Positions 55,865 through 64,000 of a stretch of DNA of 64,000 bases are shown here, one piece after another. This DNA is from a virus. Taxonomy: Duplodnaviria; Caudoviricetes. A model generated the notes under the pieces. The model made no database searches. It was not told the origin of the DNA and saw only the letters and a program-made list of their open reading frames with translations. The position numbers and the translations under genes are program-made. How positions within the stretch are numbered: position 1 is the first letter of the stretch; each line of letters opens with the position of its first letter. The stretch lies in the IMG/VR virus record IMGVR_UViG_3300034104_001007, positions 739-64,738 of that record; one strand, 5' to 3'.

Positions 55865-58800
55865 ATGGCTCTAGTTCTTAAAGACCGGGTTAAAGAAACC
55901 TCAGTATCGACTGGTACTGGGGCAATTGCGCTTGATGGCGCTACAGGTGCATATCAACCATTTAGTACAATCGGTGATGGAAACATCACGTATTATGCTA
56001 TTGCAGGGCAAACCACATCTGAATGGGAAGTCGGATACGGCACATATACATTAAGTACTAATTCTATTTCTCGTGATTTTATCTATTCCTCATCTAATAG
56101 CAATACGATTGTTACGTTCTCTGCCGGTACTAAAGACGTATTTTGTACGTATCCGTCTGAGCAAGCGGTTTATCAAGAGGTAGATGGTAGCCTTAAACTT
56201 ATTGCGGGGGTTATTGAAGTTTCTTTAGATGGAACTCATGGCACAACTTTAGCTAACACCGCATTCCAAGCGTTTGCTACTACTAATAGCTTCCTACAAA
56301 ACAACATACAAAACTTAGATAGCGGTTCAGATGCATCAGGGGATTATGTAGCTACTAATGATGTTGGGGATGATACTAAGAATTATGTAGACTTAGGGAT
56401 TAATAGTAGCGGGTTTACTTCCGTTAGTTTTCCTATATACACCCCCAACTCAGCCTATCTATATAGCTTAGGGGATGGAGTTTCTAACGGAGATTTGTTT
56501 GTAGGTACTGGGGATTTAGGCGATGTAGTATTACATGCTGGTGGGTTTACTACGGGTGATGTTGTAGCAACCATTAAATCAGACACTAAGAACTTACTAA
56601 TCGGAACAACTACCGATACAGGGGAAAAACTCCAAGTTGCAGGCGATGCCCTTATTACTGGGGCTACGGAATTTGGAAGTACAGTTCTATTGGATGCGAA
56701 CCCGACCACAGCCTTACAAGCCGCAACAAAACAATACGTAGATAGCCAGGTCACTGCAGGTCTTCACATCCACGCCCCTGTACGCGTTGAGACAACAGGT
56801 AATCTGACTGCTACATATGTGCAGGGTGGTACAACATTTAACATTACAGACATTACTTCGACTACTACGGTTACGACTTCTGTAAACCACGGTCTAGTAG
56901 TAAACGACCAAATATGGCTAACTACCACAGCGGGTAATGGACTATCAACTAATACAGCTTACTTTGTATACTCAACACCAGCGTTAAATCAGTTAACCCT
57001 TTCACTAACCTTTGACGGCATCCAAATAACAGGGCTAACTAATGCCTCTGGTTTAACCTATGCTACACGAGCAAACTCAGGTGTAGGGGCTACACTAACA
57101 AACGCGGGTACTCAAGTTGCACTAACAGTTGATGGTATTGCATTAAGTGTAGCAAACCGAGTAATGGTACGACTACAAACCAATGGGGCTGAAAACGGGG
57201 TATACGTAGTAACTACTGTAGGTAGCGGCTCTACTAACTGGGTGTTGACCCGTTCGGATGATGCGAGTGTAGTAATTCCAGGGGACCCAGACGGGCTAGG
57301 TACTGGCGACTACTTCTTTACACAAGAAGGTGTACTTAACGCTGGTGATTCACACGTATTGACCACCGAACCAAACACAATGATTATCGGCTACACGACG
57401 TTAACATACACACAGTTCAGTGGTGCGATTACTTACACGGGCGGCACAAACATTGACGTTACAGGTCAGACTATATCTCTTACAGGTACAGTTGCCCCTA
57501 CAAACGGCGGTACTGGCACAGCTACAGTCACTACAGGCGACTTACTATATGGGTCTGGCACAAACGCGTGGTCTAAATTAGCTAAAGGCTCTGCATACCA
57601 ATCGTTAATGATGGATGCAAGTGGTACAAATGTTCAATGGAATGCCTTAGCACTTAACCAATCAAATGCAGTGTCAGGTACCCTAGGGGCTACAAACGGT
57701 GGTACAGGGACAAATAATTATGCTACTGGGGACATGCTTTATTCTTCCGCGGCAAATACAATCGCTAAGTTGTCCGGAAATACCTCTACTACTAAACAAT
57801 ACCTATCTCAAACGGGCACAGGCGCAGTTTCTACAGCTCCTAGCTGGGCTACTATATCGGCGGCGGATATCGGTGCAGGCACACTTCCTGCTACTCGTGG
57901 TGGTACAGATAATAGCTCTTATGCAGTTGGTGATTTGCTCTATGCGAACACAACGACTTCACTAGCTAAACTAGCTGATGTAGCTACAGGCAATGCGTTG
58001 ATATCTGGTGGTGTAAGCGCGGCTCCAGCTTGGGGTAAAATTGGGCTAACTACGCATGTGTCAGGCACACTAGGTATTGCTAACGGCGGTACAAATTCAA
58101 CCGCTACTCCTACAGCTGGTGGTGTAGGTTATGGTACTGGAACGGCCAATGCATATACTAGTGCTGGAACATCTGGACAAATACTAACCTCTGCAGGAGC
58201 CTCCGCACCTGTATGGGCAAATAACCCGCCAGCGTTTCCTTCTGGAACTAGGATGTCATTCCAGCAAACAACAGCGCCAACAGGTTGGACTAAAGATACT
58301 ACAGCAGCAATAGATAATAGTGCATTACGTTTTGTTACTGGGGCAGCTAGTTCAGGGGGTTCAGTAGCGTTTACCACAGCGTTTGCAAGCCAATCTGTTA
58401 CAGGTAGCGTGGCGGCAACGGCAACGGCAACGGCAACCAATCAGGCTACAACCGCAGGTGGTAGTGTTGGCGCAACGGCGGCGGCAACGGCAACTAACCA
58501 AGCAACAACGGCAACTAACCAAGCAACAACGGCTGGTGGTAGTGTAGGTGTAACTGTAAGTGCAGGCACATTAGCAGTAGGGGCAGGAACATTTGCGGTT
58601 GCCGCAACAACATTAGCAACAACACAAATCCCTAGCCATACGCACTCCTATTCAACAATGCAAAACCAAGCCCTTGCAGGTCGCGTTTCGCTTAATGATA
58701 GATATCCAATACAACCTGCAACAACAGGTGCAACAGGTGGCGGCGGTTCACATACGCATAGTTTATCAGGCGCACCAAGTTTAAGTGGTTCACCAAGCGT

Positions 58801-59014
58801 AACAGGCACATCCTTTACAGGCACAAGCCATAACCACACGCAAGACGCGCACAGCCACACGCAAGACGCGCACAGCCACACTTCAGGCGCATTTACAGGA
58901 ACAAGCCACAACCATACGCAAGATGCACACAGCCACACTTCAGGTGCGTTTACAGGAACGGCGATTAATTTAGCGGTTAAATACTACGACTTTATAATAG
59001 CGAGCAAAGACTAA
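55865..59014 (+). CDS. long tail fibre protein
   Basis: MALVLKDRVKET anchor; repeated NGGTG...GDLLY units; His-rich tip repeats; QIPSHTH. Confidence 0.85.
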   Translation: MALVLKDRVKETSVSTGTGAIALDGATGAYQPFSTIGDGNITYYAIAGQTTSEWEVGYGTYTLSTNSISRDFIYSSSNSNTIVTFSAGTKDVFCTYPSEQAVYQEVDGSLKLIAGVIEVSLDGTHGTTLANTAFQAFATTNSFLQNNIQNLDSGSDASGDYVATNDVGDDTKNYVDLGINSSGFTSVSFPIYTPNSAYLYSLGDGVSNGDLFVGTGDLGDVVLHAGGFTTGDVVATIKSDTKNLLIGTTTDTGEKLQVAGDALITGATEFGSTVLLDANPTTALQAATKQYVDSQVTAGLHIHAPVRVETTGNLTATYVQGGTTFNITDITSTTTVTTSVNHGLVVNDQIWLTTTAGNGLSTNTAYFVYSTPALNQLTLSLTFDGIQITGLTNASGLTYATRANSGVGATLTNAGTQVALTVDGIALSVANRVMVRLQTNGAENGVYVVTTVGSGSTNWVLTRSDDASVVIPGDPDGLGTGDYFFTQEGVLNAGDSHVLTTEPNTMIIGYTTLTYTQFSGAITYTGGTNIDVTGQTISLTGTVAPTNGGTGTATVTTGDLLYGSGTNAWSKLAKGSAYQSLMMDASGTNVQWNALALNQSNAVSGTLGATNGGTGTNNYATGDMLYSSAANTIAKLSGNTSTTKQYLSQTGTGAVSTAPSWATISAADIGAGTLPATRGGTDNSSYAVGDLLYANTTTSLAKLADVATGNALISGGVSAAPAWGKIGLTTHVSGTLGIANGGTNSTATPTAGGVGYGTGTANAYTSAGTSGQILTSAGASAPVWANNPPAFPSGTRMSFQQTTAPTGWTKDTTAAIDNSALRFVTGAASSGGSVAFTTAFASQSVTGSVAATATATATNQATTAGGSVGATAAATATNQATTATNQATTAGGSVGVTVSAGTLAVGAGTFAVAATTLATTQIPSHTHSYSTMQNQALAGRVSLNDRYPIQPATTGATGGGGSHTHSLSGAPSLSGSPSVTGTSFTGTSHNHTQDAHSHTQDAHSHTSGAFTGTSHNHTQDAHSHTSGAFTGTAINLAVKYYDFIIASKD

Positions 59015-59328
59015 TGGCAAAAGATATGAAAATAATCTGCCCTATGATGGGTGGAAAACCTTGTGTTGAAGATGGAACAATTATAGATGGTGAATTAGTG
59101 GCTTGCCGATTTTGGGTTTCAGTTCAAGGAATGAATCCACAAACAGGTGAAATTACAAATAATAATGATTGTTCTTTTGCTTGGATTCCTATTTTAATGA
59201 TTGAAAACAGCAAAGTTAATCGTGAAACAGGTGCGGCAGTTGAATCATTTAGGAATGAAATGGTTAAAAATAATGATTTAAATACAAAAGTTTTAATTGC
59301 AACGGCAAATAAAAATTTAATAGAATGA
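59014..59328 (+). CDS. tail fibre-associated small protein
   Basis: Cys-rich; ETGAAVESFRNEMV motif; coupled to the fibre gene. Confidence 0.65.
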   Translation: MAKDMKIICPMMGGKPCVEDGTIIDGELVACRFWVSVQGMNPQTGEITNNNDCSFAWIPILMIENSKVNRETGAAVESFRNEMVKNNDLNTKVLIATANKNLIE

Positions 59329-59858
59329 TATACGAATTTCCAAATTATATTGATGATGAAACTATTGAATATATTAAACAACAAGTTTATCCAACAATTG
59401 ATTACACAAAAAAGAAAACATATAACAGAACAGGGCAAACCGTTCCAATTAACGAAGATGAAAAACATCCTGAATTAGATTTAAAATTGTTTAGTATTTT
59501 TTCAAAAATACAAAAAGATATAGCGCAAGATTTATTTAATCCGCAATTTGAATCAGGTGATAGTGGTTATGAATTCCATAGATATAATCCAAATGAAACT
59601 TGCGACAAACATTCAGACGGTGAAGTAGTTTGTGGTTTATTAAGATATGCAACTGTAATAATTTTTTTAAATACAGTAAATCAAGGTGGCGAATTAGTAT
59701 TTGATAGATTAAATAAAAAGGTAAAGCCCGAAAAAGGAAAATTAGTTTTATTTCCACCATACGGAATGTTTGAACATTACACTTTACCATCCCCTGAAAC
59801 TAGGGAAATAATAATGACATGGTTTGTTTATAACAATGTTAATGTAAATTTTTTGTAA
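59325..59858 (+). CDS. 2OG-Fe(II) oxygenase (prolyl-4-hydroxylase-like)
   Basis: HSD...IIFLNTV.QGGEL.F...LFPP...H...R jelly-roll motif; AT-rich. Confidence 0.85.
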   Translation: MIYEFPNYIDDETIEYIKQQVYPTIDYTKKKTYNRTGQTVPINEDEKHPELDLKLFSIFSKIQKDIAQDLFNPQFESGDSGYEFHRYNPNETCDKHSDGEVVCGLLRYATVIIFLNTVNQGGELVFDRLNKKVKPEKGKLVLFPPYGMFEHYTLPSPETREIIMTWFVYNNVNVNFL

Positions 59859-59867
59859 GGAATAAAT

Positions 59868-60338
59868 ATGCGATTAACTATTATCGTGGAAGATGGCGCA
59901 GTTTATAAAGATGGAATAAACTTTCTAGAATTAGTTTGGGAAGGAACGCCACTTGACGTTCACGCATTGCAATGGCCAGATGTTGCTGGGTGGATAGAAT
60001 ATATTGGCGATAAACCAAATGAAACTATTACAGAATTGCCACAATGGGCTTATAACGCTTTAGATGCTTGGCAAATTGCGTATGATGCAGCTGTAAATCC
60101 ACCACCTCCAGCTCCACCTAATGCAGAAGCTAATCAAGCAACCGCTGCAAGTTTGTTACAACAGACAGACTGGACAACTATTGCTGATGTAGGTAATCCT
60201 CAAATGTCAAACCCTTACCTTGCAAACCAAGCTGAATTTATTACGTACCGTAACGCCGTACGTCAGTATGCGGTATACCCCATAGCTGGCTTTATTGATT
60301 GGCCTGTCCTACCAGATGAAAACTGGGTACAAGATTAA
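59868..60338 (+). CDS. tail fibre assembly chaperone-like protein
   Basis: LLQQTDWT...YRNAVR...DWP C-terminus. Confidence 0.7.
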   Translation: MRLTIIVEDGAVYKDGINFLELVWEGTPLDVHALQWPDVAGWIEYIGDKPNETITELPQWAYNALDAWQIAYDAAVNPPPPAPPNAEANQATAASLLQQTDWTTIADVGNPQMSNPYLANQAEFITYRNAVRQYAVYPIAGFIDWPVLPDENWVQD

Positions 60339-60347
60339 GGCTAAATA

Positions 60348-61316
60348 ATGTTTGGATTTACCCCCTTTGCCGCTGCACCCTTTGCTGATTTAGGCAGCAC
60401 AGCGCAGGATAATATAATTATCTTCCCGTTAGGGGTTGAGGGTATAGGGCAGATAGGGGACGCTAGTGTTGAAGCCACTGCAAATGTTCCGGTAACTGCG
60501 GTAACTGCGCAAGCCCTATTAAACAGCATATTAGTTAACGCTGCAGCTAATACTACAGTAACAGGCGTTGAAGGCCAAACCTTACTAAATAGCGTAACAA
60601 CAAGCGCAGCAGCGAATACTACAGTAACAGGGCTATATGCAACGGGGTATATAGGCAGTGTAGTAATTAATGCAGATGGTAACATAGAGGTTACTGGGGT
60701 TTACGGCGAAGGGTTTGTAGGTAGTGTAACAACATCTTCTGCGGCTAACGTATTCCCAACTGGAGTATTTGGCACAGGTGAAGTTGGCGATGTAACATTC
60801 TCGCTAGGCGCTACGGTATTCCCTACAGGTGTATACGGTACTGGGTTTGTTGGCAATGTTACGATTAGTGCTGATAGTAATGTATATGCAACCGGCAATG
60901 CAGCGACAGGATATGTAGGCTCTGTATCAATAGCAGGTAAAGCCAACGTCTACCCAACCGGTGTCTTTGGTACAGGACAGGTAGGAACGGTATCAACGAG
61001 TGCCACAGCAAATGTAACGGTATTAGGAAACCAAGGTACTACGTTCTTAGGAACAGTATCAGTAACAGGTAAAGCTACGGTATTCCCGCTAGGCGTTGAA
61101 GGCGTCGGCGTTGCAGGGTTTGTACTAGTATGGGGCTTAATTGATGACTCACAAAATGCTAACTGGACTAATATAAACAATGCACAATCTACTACATGGG
61201 ATGCAATAAATAATTCACAAACAATAACATGGACTAATATAAATAATACTGACGCTACAGCATGGTCAGATATTAACAACGCACAATCAACAACATGGAC
61301 AGGAATAGAAACATGA
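60348..61316 (+). CDS. repetitive beta-structured virion protein
   Basis: MFGFTPFAAAPFA start; V.PTGV.GTG.VG.V repeats; Trp-spaced repeats at the C-terminus. Confidence 0.75.
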   Translation: MFGFTPFAAAPFADLGSTAQDNIIIFPLGVEGIGQIGDASVEATANVPVTAVTAQALLNSILVNAAANTTVTGVEGQTLLNSVTTSAAANTTVTGLYATGYIGSVVINADGNIEVTGVYGEGFVGSVTTSSAANVFPTGVFGTGEVGDVTFSLGATVFPTGVYGTGFVGNVTISADSNVYATGNAATGYVGSVSIAGKANVYPTGVFGTGQVGTVSTSATANVTVLGNQGTTFLGTVSVTGKATVFPLGVEGVGVAGFVLVWGLIDDSQNANWTNINNAQSTTWDAINNSQTITWTNINNTDATAWSDINNAQSTTWTGIET

Positions 61317-61465
61317 CAGACTCAACAAACATTACACCAAATAATGAAGATGCGGTAAAATGCAATAACAATGAAACACAAGCAAACGAGGCTCCACAAG
61401 TAGAATCGCAAAGCGTCACGGTGACGGTTACTGGGTTTTCCTTATTTGCAACTACTTTAAAATAG
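61313..61465 (+). CDS. small hypothetical protein, not in ORF track
   Basis: 50 aa with ATGA overlap on the previous stop. Confidence 0.4.
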   Translation: MTDSTNITPNNEDAVKCNNNETQANEAPQVESQSVTVTVTGFSLFATTLK

Positions 61466-61476
61466 AGGATTAAACC

Positions 61477-62742
61477 ATGGCAAGCACCTATTCAACGAGT
61501 CTAAAGCTCGAACTTATTGGTAATGGCGACCAGTCAGGTACGTGGGGTACTACTACAAACACAAACCTAGGCACTTTACTAGAACAAGCCATTACTGGTG
61601 TTCAAGCTATTACGATGGCCAATGCGGACTATACTCTGTCCAACCTTAATGGGGCATCGGATGAAGCCCGCAATGCGGTTCTTGTCATAGGCGGCACAAA
61701 CTCCGCTATTAGAAACGTAATTGCGCCAGCAGTAAAAAAAACATACATTATAAAAAACAACACTTCTGGTGGCTACGCAATTATAATTAAGACATCTTCT
61801 AGCACAGGGGTGTCTATAGCTAACGGTACAACAGCTATTGTGTACTGTGACGGTACCGAATTTTATTTTGCTGTTCCTTCATATGCGTCTACAAACACAG
61901 CAAGTACTTTAGTATTCCGTGACGGGTCAGGTAACTTTGCAGCGGGAACGATAACAGCAAACTTGACAGGCAATGCAAGCACTGTAACAACCAATGCCAA
62001 CTTAACTGGCGCAATAACTTCTATAGGCAATGCTACCTCACTAGGCTCATTTACTTCAGCTAACTTAGCATCAGCGCTAACAGACGAAACAGGTACTGGC
62101 GCAACCGTATTTGCAAATAGCCCAACACTTGTTACTCCGGCACTAGGTACACCATCTGCGTTAGTTGGCACGAACATTACAGGAACTGCAGCAGGTCTTT
62201 CAATAGGCGGCAATCTTACTGGCGCATCGCCAACCGCGGCTACTCAAACTACTGGCACAAATAATACAACAGTTGCTACAACAGCTTTTGTTCAGACAGC
62301 GTTGCAACTTTTATACCCAGTAGGTTCTATCTTTTCATCTACCAGCGCAACTAATCCTGGTACGTCATTCGGATTTGGTACTTGGGTTGCATATGGTGCT
62401 GGACGAGTATTAATTGGTAATGGCGGTGGGTATTCTGCGGGGGCTACAGGCGGCAGTGCAGATGCTGTTGTTGTAAGTCATACCCATACAGCGTCATCAG
62501 CTGTTACAGACCCAGGCCACGCACATAATGTCCAATTAAAATATAATAATGGTAGTGGAGATGGCTATAGTGTTGCAGCAGGGGCATTAACAGGTTCAAA
62601 TCTAACACTTCTTTCGCCCGGAACTAATACAGCAACTACGGGTATTTCAGTTGGAACTACAATTACTTCATCAGGTGTAAGTGGTACAGGTGCAAACTTG
62701 CAACCGTACGTCGTTGTGTATATGTGGAACAGGACTGCATAA
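61477..62742 (+). CDS. tail fibre / baseplate-wedge-like protein
   Basis: MASTYSTSLKLELI...GTWG; YPVGSIF...GTWVAYGAGRVLIG; NLQPYVVVYMWNRTA. Confidence 0.8.
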   Translation: MASTYSTSLKLELIGNGDQSGTWGTTTNTNLGTLLEQAITGVQAITMANADYTLSNLNGASDEARNAVLVIGGTNSAIRNVIAPAVKKTYIIKNNTSGGYAIIIKTSSSTGVSIANGTTAIVYCDGTEFYFAVPSYASTNTASTLVFRDGSGNFAAGTITANLTGNASTVTTNANLTGAITSIGNATSLGSFTSANLASALTDETGTGATVFANSPTLVTPALGTPSALVGTNITGTAAGLSIGGNLTGASPTAATQTTGTNNTTVATTAFVQTALQLLYPVGSIFSSTSATNPGTSFGFGTWVAYGAGRVLIGNGGGYSAGATGGSADAVVVSHTHTASSAVTDPGHAHNVQLKYNNGSGDGYSVAAGALTGSNLTLLSPGTNTATTGISVGTTITSSGVSGTGANLQPYVVVYMWNRTA

Positions 62743-62743
62743 A

Positions 62744-63226
62744 ATGCGGAATACCTTTTACTTCATAGTAGGATTTTTACTTGGCGGCTTACTAGCAGCG
62801 GGGTCAGCATATGCGGACGAAACAACAATTAATTATAAAGGTCAACCTGTCCCCTCTGCTATGGCTCCTTCAATGTCGGCTTTCAGTCAAGATGTTTGCG
62901 GTATTGGTGTCAGCGGTGCTGTTAACGGGGGCGTATTTTCTGTAGCTGGTGGCACTATGATTACCGATAACAACTGCGTTCGCTTGCGTTGGGCTAAGTT
63001 CTTAAGTGATAGCGGCCTAAAAGTTGCGGCAGTATCACTAGCTTGTGCGGCTACGCATGAAAACTGGGTTGCAATGGAAATGTCGGGTTCGCCCTGTCCT
63101 ATAGGCGGGGCTATTGGCGATGCAGCAAGAAAGGCGTGGTATGACTTACACCCAAATTGGTTTGAGGAAATTTATGGTAAAGACTTCGTTCTTATCACTC
63201 CTCTTCCTGATTCTCATAAGGAGTAG
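62744..63226 (+). CDS. secreted Cys-containing protein
   Basis: Signal peptide ending AYA-D; PSAMAPSMS..QDVC...CVRLRWAK; start set at ATG 62744. Confidence 0.7.
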   Translation: MRNTFYFIVGFLLGGLLAAGSAYADETTINYKGQPVPSAMAPSMSAFSQDVCGIGVSGAVNGGVFSVAGGTMITDNNCVRLRWAKFLSDSGLKVAAVSLACAATHENWVAMEMSGSPCPIGGAIGDAARKAWYDLHPNWFEEIYGKDFVLITPLPDSHKE

Positions 63227-64000
63227 CTATGTTTATGCGTATTGTGCAGCGAGTCAATGGACTAATTATGGCCCAGTATATTCGAGCCTCTATGTGGGTC
63301 AAGGAACGACTCTTGCAGCTTGCCAGCAAATTGCTTGCCAGTATTACCCGGGTATACCAGAATGTGGCCAACCTACAGCTCCTGAACCTCCTGCGTGTTC
63401 CGACAGGGTCGAGTACCAATCCCTTGCGTGTGAGCCTAACCACAGCGGGTCAGTTAATCAAAGCCGCACTTATCAGTGCCAAAGCCAAAGTTATACTCCT
63501 TGGGAAACAACTTCTAACAACTGTACGCCAAATCAGCCAAGCTGCACTTACAGCGTTCAAACAGACGAAAGACAAGCTTGTGGAGTTAATCAAATTGGTT
63601 CCGTCACGTTTAAAAGAGAACAAAACTGTCCAGACCCTTACGGTTCGCCAGTTGATTCAGGCTGGTTCGAAATTAGCAGGTCTTGCCAAGCAGCTCCCCC
63701 AACGTGTACGTCAAGTATTCAAGAAAGGCCAGTAGCATGTCAGCAGGGGTTTGTGGGAACGATAACAGAACAACAGACAACGACTTGTCCTACGCCATAC
63801 AGTCCGCCTGTGATATCGCCTTGGGTGGAAACAATGAACTCATGCGTGAAGAGTCCAACCAACGTAACGAACATGAGCAGTCCGTTGAATCCAGTCAGTC
63901 CAATAGCGCCAGCGATGCAGGAAGCAGCGCCACAACAACCAGAACCCCCTCCACCAGAAGCGCCGAGCACACCAGCTTCCCCTGCGCCCACTGCGGAGAC
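63174..64000 (+). CDS. secreted Cys-rich repeat protein, runs off the window end (not in ORF track)
   Basis: GAGG RBS, MVKTSFLSLLFLILIRSSYVYA signal peptide, three C..C..G...C...W...C repeats, Pro-rich tail; no stop codon to 64000. Confidence 0.75.
   Translation, partial: MVKTSFLSLLFLILIRSSYVYAYCAASQWTNYGPVYSSLYVGQGTTLAACQQIACQYYPGIPECGQPTAPEPPACSDRVEYQSLACEPNHSGSVNQSRTYQCQSQSYTPWETTSNNCTPNQPSCTYSVQTDERQACGVNQIGSVTFKREQNCPDPYGSPVDSGWFEISRSCQAAPPTCTSSIQERPVACQQGFVGTITEQQTTTCPTPYSPPVISPWVETMNSCVKSPTNVTNMSSPLNPVSPIAPAMQEAAPQQPEPPPPEAPSTPASPAPTAE
63229..63735 (+). CDS. basic amphipathic protein nested in the +1 frame of the Cys-rich gene
   Basis: AAGGAG RBS 5 nt upstream, 168 open codons, Lys/Arg/Leu/Gln helical periodicity. 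Confidence 0.5.
   Translation: MFMRIVQRVNGLIMAQYIRASMWVKERLLQLASKLLASITRVYQNVANLQLLNLLRVPTGSSTNPLRVSLTTAGQLIKAALISAKAKVILLGKQLLTTVRQISQAALTAFKQTKDKLVELIKLVPSRLKENKTVQTLTVRQLIQAGSKLAGLAKQLPQRVRQVFKKGQ

Noticed and set aside
55865-62742. Diversity-generating retroelement or invertase switching of tail fibres
   Set aside because: No reverse transcriptase, invertase or TR/VR repeat pair seen.
1-64000. Alternative genetic code or stop-codon recoding
   Set aside because: Genes are full-length and densely packed under the standard code, and all three stop codons are used.

Overview
The window is most or all of a ~64-kb tailed dsDNA phage genome, circularly permuted, with podovirus-like gene content and no integrase seen. 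The + strand (40.3-64.0 kb, continuing at 1-15.55 kb) carries the late operon: terminases, portal, GroES-like protein, scaffold, Mu-gpT-like major capsid, small basic proteins, adaptors, tail fibres, lysis genes and large internal virion/ejection proteins. The - strand (15.6-39.9 kb) carries the early and replication genes: primase-helicase, SNF2 helicase, Cas4-like nuclease, family A DNA polymerase, VRR-NUC, an AAA ATPase/vWA-peptidase pair and many small ORFs. Notable features not explained by the ORF track: (1) a 23-aa pqqA gene (PQQ precursor of Methylophilaceae type, suggesting a methylotroph host) in a self-contained cassette with a pseudoknotted RNA element and an HNH gene, right after the capsid gene; (2) a ~530-nt, deeply nested structured RNA leader with a boxA antitermination site behind a strong early promoter; (3) a 16-bp palindrome GTTCTTA-N2-TAAGAAC repeated about 9 times, seen only in the early region and also inside genes; (4) an iteron-like AT-rich region and a C-tract/G-quadruplex region near the likely genome end; (5) a recurrent [FYM]-[AK]-x-G-G motif on many virion proteins; (6) a dual-coded (overprinted) stretch in the last 830 bp. 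Functional names come from motif recognition only; no searches were run.
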